Assembly: GCA_044892525.1 (NCBI GenBank)
Contig: CM097886.1
Span: 90,520,001-90,584,000, forward strand
Source: Schmidtea polychroa
Taxonomy: Eukaryota
Reading direction: 5' to 3'
DNA: 64,000 bases
A model generated the notes under the pieces. It was given only the letters and a program-made list of their open reading frames with translations. It was not told the DNA's origin and made no database searches. The position numbers were made by a program, and so were the translations under genes. How positions within the stretch are numbered: position 1 is the first letter of the stretch; each line of letters begins with the position of its first letter. Positions 26,350 to 36,947 of this stretch are shown here, in pieces.

Positions 26350-27960
26350 TATACAAATTCCTTATTGATAAATAAAATGTCAAAATGAAATATAATAATA
26401 ATTATGAATTAATGAAACAATTTCCCATAAATCATTCTCTATCCCCAGCCAATCAGATTTGACTATTTGGGATAGATAATATTACAATATTGATTTTTTT
26501 CAAGGAAAAATATTACTCTACTCATTAAATCCCGTTGCTATAAATACATCAAATAATTAATTTTTTTTTATTAACTAATTTTATTAATTAATTTTCTAGT
26601 ATTTTATTCTAATAATTTATTTGTTTATTGATTGATTTTCTATTAATTAATTTTTTATTTATTAAAAAAGTTTGACTAATTTAAATTGCTGTGTGTTGGG
26701 TTTTCAATTTCATTCCACAGAAAACCTCTTACATCTTTTGTGGTTGTCTAGATTGGTGTAAAATGGGATTTGAGTGCACAGAAATCTGTGTGCAAAATAA
26801 TCTTAAGCGCAATTTAACAAAATTCAAAAAATAATATTTGAAGGGAGAAAAATTAATTGAAATTGGAAAAGTTAGTATATTTCGGAGGAGACGAAGGTGA
26901 GTCGATGGTAAATGATAGCATAAATACGAATATGGTAATTGAAAACCGATTTGAGGCTGGAAAAGTTAGTAAGGAAATACAAGCTTTGATAAATTGCACT
27001 CGAAGATTCTGCCAAATCCGTTCGCAAAGATACCTTAACTTGGATTGAAGTGTCTTTTAGATTATCATTACAAATCCATCTTGAATTAGAACTTCGATTT
27101 TGTTTATGAGCGTTTATGACATCTTTTTAATAATCAATTTTAAATACTTTTCTGATTCATCAACCTGTTCAGTCATAAATTGATATTTTTTAATTAGTAA
27201 ATCTTCAGTCTCTTCTATTTCAGAAAATACAGTTTCAAGTGCAATTTATTTAGGTTTTACTGGGCTATTACCTTAAATGTCATCATTAGTTCGAATTTCA
27301 TCATCTTCACTGTCTGAGTATTCAATTAAATCTTTCAGGTCAATATTTATTTCATTGTTATCGTTTTCCAATTCTAATTGTTGTGATTCTTCACATTTTA
27401 CAATTAAATCCCGTAAATAAGCTTCATATTTGATCATATAATCATTATAATCTGCAAGAGATTACATAAAACAATTTTCGGTGTCATCGAATAACTAATT
27501 CCAACGAATAAAAAACTATTATTCACTACAATTTGAATTTACAATAAATCCACTTTAAAGAAACAAAATCCTGAAACGAAAATAAAAATAAATTACTCCA
27601 GAAAAATCGAACCAATCTCGAGAACCTCACGATGGTGTTCGGACTCAGCACCCCAACCAGCTAAAACCTAAGCAACGTGCACACAGGTGCGACAACAACT
27701 AACGGAACCAAACAAACTTATTAATTGACGAATTGTAAAAAAATTAATTAAATTAGGATGAGGCAAATAAAGTCGCGGCTCTTTGTTGGAAAATAATTCA
27801 ATTGGAGATTGTGGCGTGGAGAGTTCCCTATTTAAAGAAACTGTAAATTCATTCAAGTCTTCATTCTAGGCTAAATCAAGTTAATGATTAATCAAAGTGA
27901 AGGTAAAGTTTTCTAAAAGTCAAGTCATATTCGTTTAAATATTATATATTACTAATAATT

Positions 27961-28032
27961 GACTATGAATCAGTAGATATATCGATGTTTTTTTGATATT
28001 CAAGAATTTTCAGCACAGCCTTTTTCAAGTGA
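27961..28032 (+). repeat. Dispersed ~72-bp motif, copy 4
   Basis: Same core, slightly more diverged; ~120 bp beyond the Helitron helicase stop. Confidence 0.85.
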
Positions 28033-28149
28033 TTTTCATTTTTTTAATTCAATTTACATTGTGTCATTTTTATTGAATCATTTCATTATTTCATTTTAAT
28101 ATGAATATTCATTTTAATATGGAAAACATTTCAAAGTATTATTTTAATT

Positions 28150-30339
28150 CTATTTATTTATTCGAGTGCTTGTGGATACACGATATTTTTTTCCGTTTGG
28201 TGCGTACACGAATAAATCAGAAGGTTTTTCGACGCCTGAGCTGGCCACATACAGTTGTCCACGTGAGAAGAACGGATTCTTCAAATCTAGTCTACACACT
28301 TGCAGCGATTGTCCTTGTGTTTTGTTGATGGTCATTGCAAAAACAATTTGCACCAGAAACTGTAAACTTTTGAATTCAAATTGTGTATCTGTTAGCATCA
28401 TTGGAACAAGTGGAAACAGTACATCTTCCCCCTTGAATTTTCTATTTAAAATTGTAGCTTCCATGACACTGTTCATCATCTTTTTCACCAAATGTCCTGT
28501 ACCGTAGAAAAGTCGTGGTGGATTGATATTTCGTAGAAGAATGATAGGCACGTCAATTTTCAATGTTAAAGTGTGCGGTGGTATACCTGGCAAATCGGTT
28601 AATTCAAGAATTCTGTTAGGTTATTGACAACTTCGTCTTAATTCATCACATTATCGATGGACTTATACGATGGACTCATAGCACGTGCATTGAGCATTGA
28701 TGATTTTTATAATTGCGCGCAATATTTGGAGAAAATCTTTCTAATCAATTCGTCTTTGGTTGATATCATCTTAAAAAATTTTGTTGGTAATGTAATACAT
28801 TGTGTAGATTCTTCAATTGCCATCTTCCTTTTTCACAATATCCAGCAATGATTTTACGAAACGTTCGGCGGATGCATCATTTTGTAGTTGAACATGCATA
28901 TTGGTTTTCAAAGTAAATTTTACATGTCATTATAGAACTGATGATTTGAGATAAGCATTAAGTTCATCAACCAGTGTTGAACGTTCTATAACAAGCAGAG
29001 TTTGTAAAAAATCACCAGACAATAAAATGATTGCTCCACTGAAGGGCTGTCCATTTTCACTCAAATCTTACAGCTTACGATTGAGCGCTTTTTGTGAGCC
29101 ATTATGTATTTATTTATTGCATTTTAGCGTCTTAGTGGTTTGCAAATTCAACGGCAATTTCATTGCTGAATGCACTGTTCGACCACCATCCAAAAGTGTT
29201 GCCGCAATTCCAGATGATGCAATTGCCAGTGCAATTTTATTCCGTGATCACGTGGTTGTTAAAATGATTCAAACGAGAAAAGTTTTACCGTACTTCCGTG
29301 CGCATCTATGAATTACAATCCGCCACTTTGATTTGTAATTGCTTGTATCTTATACAATGCGTTGTTCTGGAAATAATTTCGGAAGATTCTTTTCAACAAA
29401 TGTACCCAAATCGACGATATCGAAGTGTATTTCACGTTGCAAATCACGATAATAAGCGTCATTTGCCGATCAATTCGGTGCATACATTCCCAACCGTATT
29501 AATTCTTTGTTAATGATTGCCAAACATATATCCTCGATCGAAACCAACGCCTCTTTATACAAGTTTGGTGTGAATTGCATTTCCGGATTCCGATACTCGA
29601 AAACGACGTAGGATGTCTTTACTTATGTAATCTTTGTATTTTTCCCAAAGATCTTTCGGATTGTATTGTAAACCCGTTGTCAATATTATCGCAAATAGCG
29701 TGCGTATTTGCTATTGTTGATCAGTGTTGGATGCATCAGCGAGTGCTGTGTCCCTATGGGAAACGTTTTCAAGAATATTTCATTCTTGACAAACTTCTCG
29801 ATAAGTCACACATACTTCACCATTTACTGTTATCAGTTTATCAGCATTTCGGTCCACGTACGTTAACTAACAATAATCGCAAGTAAAAACATTCTTGATT
29901 GTTTGAATAAACTGTATACAGACGGCCTAAGGAGTCGGAAAAATATAAATTCGGATGTTCATCAACTGCTTTTCCCCGTTTATGACGTTAAAACCTTTTC
30001 GGTGATGCTGAAATTTTTTAACAACGTCCTAGATAAATTCAAAAAATTCTCCAAATTTATTTTATTGGAACCACTGATTTCTTTGCAAACCGGTGAAAGT
30101 TGATCAACGTTGTCGATTCAATATCAATACTAATCATAAAATTTTAATTTTTAATGGCACTTATTGGTGATATTTGAATACCTTTACTTATAAACGAGGG
30201 CCCTGGAGGTTGATATTTAAAAGGTTTGTATGCCAGAAACCTTCACGGGAGTGTACTCAACAACTTCCCAGAGTTTCGTGGTGATCGGATAAATGGTGTA
30301 GTAATGCATAAAGGACAAACAGGCAGCAGATAATATAGA
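28150..30339 (-). mobile_element. Decayed, internally deleted Helitron (PIF1 helicase part of RepHel)
   Basis: G.PPH.L.LK...PIILLRNINPPRL, FAMTINKTQGQSL, FSRGQLYVA, NIVYPQALE*; upstream fragments DA.G..GKTF, IALAIASSGIAATLLDGGRTVHS, RLYTV...QECFYLRLLLVNVRGP; candidate A|TC 5' end at 30339. Confidence 0.9.
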
Positions 30340-30942
30340 TTGGTTAATTCATGACACCTCTTATATACCTTTATAAATCCTAATTAATCTACATTATTTT
30401 TTATACATCCCCAACATATTTAATCAGGGCTAGTATGAGGCGGGTTCAATACTTGAATATCACGCAGGCGGATCCCTGAAAAATCACTGAAGGCGGCCAA
30501 ATTTGACTTAAACTTTTTATTCTCATTGCAATTTCAATGTATTCAATATTTAGAGTATTAAAAACTATATTTATTAAAAAATAGTTAAGCAGGCGGAAAA
30601 CTTGACTGAAATTTCTTATTTTTTATTTCAATTTCAATTTCCATTTGCAATTTTCATTCTAGCTTAATAATGTGTTGTTGGGCTAGAAGCCAATCTTGAA
30701 TTTTTTATATATCGTTGTTACTTTTCTTGTTTTAATCCCATGAGTAATGATGTAATCGAGATGGCCACACTGCATAGAAAATGCAAGCAGAAACTTAATA
30801 CTCTAGAAACACCAAATTAAAAAAACTAAAAAACAAAACAAAAATCATTATCAACCGCAAGCAGTTGCACAAGAGACATATTTTAAAAAGCATAAAAACT
30901 ACAAAAATCGTCGAAAAAGACACATACAGATACTAACTTATT

Positions 30943-32022
30943 TGTTAGGTTCGATGGGTAAGTATTCGAACTAACACAAAAACGTTTAATCGGACTCCAA
31001 ATAACTTAAAATGCGCGTAGGTAAATAAATAAGAAATATGTTTTAAATATTTATTAGCAATAAAAAGTTAGTTACATGATAATTAATATAAAACACGCTG
31101 CTTTCTAAAAGTACAGAAAACGGTTATTTAAACCGCCCTAAAGAGTATTACTAAGAATCAAGGCTGGCCCTAAATGCGCCAACAGCCCGATATAGGTGAA
31201 CGGAAAAGAGATAGGGAAGTTTACCAAATGTTACGCGATGGAGTCAACCCAGAAATTGGTTAACCCTTTTTCAAAAAATATTAGCAACGAAACAACACAA
31301 AAATACGTGCTGACGTTACTGTTTCCCTTGTTTAAATTTTATTTAATCAAATAGATTTTTATATAGATATTTTTATTTATAATTATTTAGATAAGAATAA
31401 TAAATACTAACTAATATAATTTCCTGCTTATTTAAATTTCTCGCGGAAAATAGCTAAAACCACAGACTGGTTGTTGAATTAACTTCTAATAATATTCTTC
31501 CTTTGATTTAAATATCTCCAAAGAATATTATAATTTTGAATAAAGAATATTCCAAAATCAGAATTACAAAAATTAATTTTTCGATCGATTATTATTTAGG
31601 GTGAAAATTCCGTCTACTGTTAAATTCCTAGTTAGACTGCAAAATAAATGTCAACTGACGTGAATTGCTTTCAAATCAAATTGATTTCTTCTTTTCTAAT
31701 TTTAACTACTGCGGCTATGTTTCTTTCTGGTCTACTTACCTCAAATTCGTCCTTCAGCTCACATTTTCTACTGGTATTTATACCATTTTATTTATTTAAA
31801 TCTATTAATAGTAATTATTTAATTACTATTTTTATTATATATTTTTATACAAATACTATTTTTATTACAAATCTATTTTTAGTAATTATTTATTACTATT
31901 TATATTTTTAGTTCCAATTTTAGTAATTTTTTAAATACTATTTATATTATAATTCTAATTTTAGTAATTAATTATTATTTAATTTCAAAACATTTAATTC
32001 CGGTTCCTACTGAACCCCAACA
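30943..32022 (-). repeat. 3' LTR (1080 bp)
   Basis: Direct repeat of 43885-44963; by eye 4 substitutions + one 1-bp indel. Confidence 0.97.
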
Positions 32023-32035
32023 TGTCTTCCCCCTA
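32023..32035 (-). promoter_or_regulatory. Polypurine tract
   Basis: Minus strand TAGGGGGAAGACA immediately before TGTTGGGG start of the 3' LTR. Confidence 0.85.
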
Positions 32036-32081
32036 ACAAGATTTTCGTCCCGAAAATTAAAGCGGTAAAGACAAGACAATT

Positions 32082-32230
32082 NNNNNNNNNNNNNNNNNNN
32101 NNNNNNNNNNNNNNNNNNNNNNNNNNNNNNNNNNNNNNNNNNNNNNNNNNNNNNNNNNNNNNNNNNNNNNNNNNNNNNNNNNNNNNNNNNNNNNNNNNNN
32201 NNNNNNNNNNNNNNNNNNNNNNNNNNNNNN
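32082..32230. other. Assembly gap (N run) in the 3' UTR of the Gypsy element
   Basis: 149 N. Confidence 1.
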
Positions 32231-32414
32231 AAAATAATCAAAGATTGTTCATGAAGGAAATGTCAAAATCAATACCAAAATCAAATTAATCAAATATTGT
32301 TCATAAAGTAAATGTCTGTCGATTTGAATAACTGGATTGGATTGAATTGTCGAAGGTGCTGGGATTGAGGACGTATAGCAAATTGCTAGGTCCATTGAAC
32401 ACATAGCCGAATTG

Positions 32415-34481
32415 CTAGTATTTTCTCCTTTTCATGACCTTGGCACTTTCGTTACGGATCCTTTGTTCTACTATGTCTGGTCTGTAACTGATCACCAAAG
32501 TCTCCCGTGTACTTACCTCTTTGTACACAATTGAGGAGATGATGTACGAGCCCTCATTAGCCTCCAATACTCCGTAATCGGGGAAATTGGATACGGCTAC
32601 TTCATGGATTGGGCCTCCGTCGTATTCCTTGATACGCGGTTTCCATTTGCTGTCGGGTCTCTGCCACCAACTAGGATCTTCCCTGTCGAGATCTTTCCGT
32701 ATTTTGATTGAGTTGCCCCTTCCGACGAACTCGCCTTCCTTCACGATAATAGGCTCTCCTGCAATTGTGGGTTCTTTCTTTGTTGCCAATATCTTGGTCA
32801 ATGCAGGATCTGGTGGCTGATAGTGGGTTTCTAAGAGATCGTCATCCTCATCCTTGATGGATATCCTAGGCATTTTCTTTTTTGTACTCTTAGGAATCTC
32901 CTTTTTCCTTTTCGTAGAGGTAGGGACATTTTTCTCCTTGTCCTCTTTCTGGGTGGGTTTCTCCGTTGTTTTCTTTTTAAATTTTAAATCATGTAGCTTA
33001 AGTAGTGGTGCTACGGCTTGGGGTAATGCTCCTCCTTCTGCTCCTTGTTTGGGTTCACTCAACGGGGCTAATGCTTTCAAGATCTTGGTGACCCGTTCAA
33101 CTAACTTTTCTGCTGGCGGTGGTTTTTCTGTTTCCATTTTAGTCGAATTCACCACTCTACCGTCATTGGTAAGGTTGACTTGGAGGCAGTTATCGTCTGC
33201 ACTCTCACAAGTGGCATAGTCGTCTTCTTCAGCAATTGAAATGGCTGGCGGCGACAAGGAATCTTCTTCCACTATTTTCAGCAACTTCGACCTAGGGATA
33301 TCTTCTTTTACATAGCTCTCCATAGCTAGAGGTTTCTGCATGCTTGAGGTACCAGGTTCCATCTGCTTTATTTGTGAAGACACCACCTCCTTCCGGGTGT
33401 CTGGTGAAATGTCATCAACCCAGATATCTCGTAAATTGTCGAAAATCTCCGTTTGAAGGTCCGAGAAGTGATGTGCCTCTTTACCGGTGACTGCCTTTGC
33501 CAAATATGCCAAACGGTAATACCCGTTGCATTTCTTTAGGTCCATACTTTCGAGGCATTTAGCTGCGCCTAACTCACGGATTCCGAGTGCGCGCTGCATT
33601 GGGAATCTGATTACTTCTAATAGGTCCTTTACTAGCAACCCCACGATGATTTTCCCATCGCAGATTTTTCTAATTCTTTCGGCACAGTCTTCTCCGTCGA
33701 ACTGTCCGGTTATTTCTCTCTCGGTCATACCATGCGCATGCGATTGGTAGTGTTTGACCTGTGCTCTGGGGGTAACTCTAGTGTTGAGTATCAGATCGCC
33801 ATTGAAATGTGAGATTGAGATGGCCACAATTGCCGGTTTCTAGAATTGTCGTAGTGTAGCGTAGTGAGCTGCTACGAAAATGGTGAGGTTATCCTCTTGT
33901 CTAGGGTCCAAGCGCTGTCTAACGAAAGACTTAAACGTTTTAATGTCGTTATCATTGACATTATATGTCCAATTTGGGTCATTAACCCATCTCGTTTGTG
34001 TTTCTCTGTGAGGTTCCAGAATTTCCATTGCTATGATGGTATCTATTCCTTCACATAACAGTGAGATGTTCTTTTCCCTTCCATCCCCGTTTTCAATTTC
34101 CAGGGTTGTATGCTTTTGCAGCAAAATGGGGTTTGTGGCACCAGAAACATAAACCGTAAATGGTTTGTTAATGGCGTGTATCCACAGGTGGTTGGTCAGA
34201 CTATGTCTGCCAAACTCAGGCATGACCTCGGTAAGCCTAATACAGCCGTTATGCTTGCCCGGGATTCTTGAAATAATCATTTGACGCTTTGGGGCCTCGT
34301 CAAATTTGAAATTATTGGGTATGCCTGAGCAATGTCCGTAAAACCAGTGCCTTTGTCCTTTTCTGCTTTGCTCCATTACCTGCTTCTCCAGGTTTTTATA
34401 AATAAGTTTTTCCTTTAGTAAGGTCGTAGCACATATAATGCTATGTCTTCCTTGGTATTGGGATATTGGATGGCTCTGCAT
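32415..34481 (-). CDS. Accessory ORF (one frame, single in-frame TAG at 33842-33840): putative AlkB/2OG-fold-like domain + DEDD exonuclease-like domain + charged tail
   Basis: ORFs 33840-34499 and 32415-33827 are in the same frame. AISISHFNGDLILNTRVTP...VKHY.S.AHG.T...KI.DGKIIVG....DL.V...IR matches REX1/REX4/ISG20-type exonucleases but ExoI acids are missing (IFVAAHYA). AlkB-like call is weaker. ATG at 34481 follows a TTTCAG acceptor. Confidence 0.6.
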
Positions 34482-34679
34482 TCCTGAAATAAAAATCATT
34501 AACCATAATATCAGATATACTGATATGTCATATTAGGCTAAAAAGATATGCATGAGTCTTATTATAAAAGATCTACATATGCTGAATTTTAATGCTACCT
34601 GGAGCTCTACGTAAATATAGATTTTAAGATATATATAAATATTTATATATGATTTTTCCCTCGGGGGAGTCTGTAATTG

Positions 34680-35596
34680 TCATAATTGCGACATCAGTAC
34701 TCCATCGTAAGCCCTTATGGCTTGTCTAAAATATAGCTTGGTCCAAATACCCATAGCTATCAGTGTAGTTATTAGCGATAGTACGGCCGATACCGTAATC
34801 CATACCCCTATGGGTATTTTCAGAATATATCCTACATTAAAGTTTGTGATGGCATTACAATCACAACAGTTTGTCAGGTTTGGGGTCGTTGGACAAGATA
34901 TTTGTTTGATAGGTGGCAACTGTCTAAGATGTTGCCACATTGCGGGATGTATTACCATGTTTTCCCTGACTACTTTTGGTGGTATCTTCGTTATAACTGG
35001 CTGTTTAAGAGGTAATATCTCCTCGAATACCTCGAACCACCTATCGTCCTGCCGTTTCCTCGGACTATAGTATATAACTAGAACCGAGTAATCTACGGAC
35101 TGATTTAGATACATTTCTTGGGAGGGTTCTGGTCTAACCATAATGTTTCTCTCGTGGTTGGTCCGTCTAGAATACTGACTTTCATCTTCTCCTCCCTGCT
35201 AATTTCTTGACTAAACTTTACTTTATTCTTTTCGTAGGATATCGATATGCGATTTGTGAAATCCGCCGTCCTCAGGATCCAATTTGATACGTGATAGGTA
35301 TACCAACCACTCTGATATAACCTTGATGCTGCGATATGCAGTTTATAATCCGTCTCGGCTTTTAAATCATATAAATCCCACTCTTTTTCTTCTGAATTGA
35401 GTTGGCGGATCCGCAAGTATTTGTTGTAAAAATGTAAATTGAATTTTGTAGCATTATCGCACGTTGTGAGTATGCTAATTCCGTGATACGTTCTTATGAA
35501 ATGCAAATGTTCCACTTGCATCGCCATAGGCTGAAAATATGCCTTTTTATCCCTTTTTGCCATCGCCAAAGTCATCATACAGCTTATTATCAACAA
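34680..35596 (-). CDS. Accessory type I membrane protein with fibronectin-III-like segments (frameshifted in this copy)
   Basis: Hydrophobic N-terminus LIISCMMTLAMA, FN3-like WDLYDLKAETDYKLHIAA, second ..YL.Q.VDYSVLV.Y, Cys cluster SCPTTPNLTNCCDC, TM IPIGVWITVSAVLSLITTLIAMGIW, short tail; frame changes near 35200-35140. Confidence 0.55.
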
Positions 35597-36935
35597 ATCT
35601 CAATGGGTATCGGTGTTCTTGTGCTTCTTCGGTAATGTTTGGTTTCACCTGTTTCTCTGGTGCTTTTACTTTTGAATTTCCAGAGGTTCCTTTTGTTGGG
35701 ATTTCGCACTTTTTACACCGATTAGCATGTACCATTATTGGTTCTGCTTTTCTGTTGGCTACGAGTTGTAATATGAGATTTGTATCTGTGGTTCTCAATA
35801 CCTCATATGGCCCTTTGAAGTTCCGCATGAGTTTTGGTGATAAGCCTTTCTTGTTATAATGACTTTCTAACATCACCTGGTCTCCAACCAATATGCCATG
35901 ATCCTTGGCTTTTCGGTCGTGATAATCTTTTGATGCTTCCTGATTATATTTTATACTGAGCCCTGCTCTGGCCCATGCTACCTGCATTCTTTCCCTCATT
36001 TCCATTAGATAATCTTCTTGATCTAAATACTGTGTTGCTTTAGGGAAAAACAACAGGTCTACTGGCATTTTATTTTGCCTCAGATACATAAGATAAAATG
36101 GTGTTTCACCTGTTCCTTCGTGCACCGCATTTCTGTATGCAAATAAACAAGATGGAATGTGGATGTCCCAATCCGTTTGCCCTGAATTTATATATGATGC
36201 TAACATATTAGCTAATGTTCCATTAAATCGTTCTACTAGCCCATCCGTCGGTGGGTGATATGGGGAAGTGTTCAACTTTAGAACTCCGAAATAATCATTT
36301 ATTCCTTTGAGCAAATTACTCATGAAATCAGCTCCCCGATCCGTTAATAGCTTTGTAGGTACTCCATACCTAAAGACAATTTGTTCCACGAAAATTCTAG
36401 CTATCGTATCAGCTTTGTGATTAGGCATCGGGTAGGCTTCTGGCCACTTAGTCAGATAGTCGCAGAACACTAATATATACTTGTTTCCGCTATTAGATTC
36501 TTTGAAGGGCCCCAACACGTCCATTGCCGTCATTTCCATAGGTGTAGATGGTACTGGCATCGGCTTCATTGGTACGTGTGGTTTCTTTCCGGTATTTCTT
36601 CTGGTGATACAGATCTTACACGTCTGACACCAGGTTTTAACATCTTGTTTCATGCCGGGCCAAAAGTATTTTTGTTTTAACCTCGACAATGTTTTTCTGG
36701 ATGACAGGTGGCCTCCTAAGACCCCATCGTGATACTGCAACATGAGTGCTTCACGGTATTTCTTAGGAACCATTATAACAATATCTCTTACATCTGAATA
36801 TTTAACTAGTCCCTCTTCCAGTACAAATTTGTCTTTATTCTTTTCCCAATATTTCGTGAATTCTGTGGGCACGTATTTTGCTTCTAAGGCTTGACGAATA
36901 ACATTTATTTCTTCGTCAGATTTTTGTGCCTCCAT
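35547..36935 (-). CDS. Integrase (HHCC, DDE core, GPY/F)
   Basis: HDGVLGGH...CQTC, MDVLGP, LTDRGADF, GLVERFNGTL, KGPYEV; in frame with pol across one TGA. Confidence 0.95.
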   Translation of the reverse strand: MEAQKSDEEINVIRQALEAKYVPTEFTKYWEKNKDKFVLEEGLVKYSDVRDIVIMVPKKYREALMLQYHDGVLGGHLSSRKTLSRLKQKYFWPGMKQDVKTWCQTCKICITRRNTGKKPHVPMKPMPVPSTPMEMTAMDVLGPFKESNSGNKYILVFCDYLTKWPEAYPMPNHKADTIARIFVEQIVFRYGVPTKLLTDRGADFMSNLLKGINDYFGVLKLNTSPYHPPTDGLVERFNGTLANMLASYINSGQTDWDIHIPSCLFAYRNAVHEGTGETPFYLMYLRQNKMPVDLLFFPKATQYLDQEDYLMEMRERMQVAWARAGLSIKYNQEASKDYHDRKAKDHGILVGDQVMLESHYNKKGLSPKLMRNFKGPYEVLRTTDTNLILQLVANRKAEPIMVHANRCKKCEIPTKGTSGNSKVKAPEKQVKPNITEEAQEHRYPLRFVDNKLYDDFGDGKKG

Positions 36936-36947
36936 TAAATCAGCTAG

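Noticed and set aside
26730-26810. CGCLDWCKMGFECTEIC, CXC/tesmin-like Cys cluster
   Set aside because: Too short and frame-broken to call; probably a transposon ORF remnant.
27570-27960. Possible solo LTR (CCCTATTTAAAG TATA-like, CATTC repeats)
   Set aside because: No clear TG...CA ends, TSD or second copy in the window.
31975-32241. ORFs spanning N runs (also 48486-48713)
   Set aside because: Artefacts of translating gaps.
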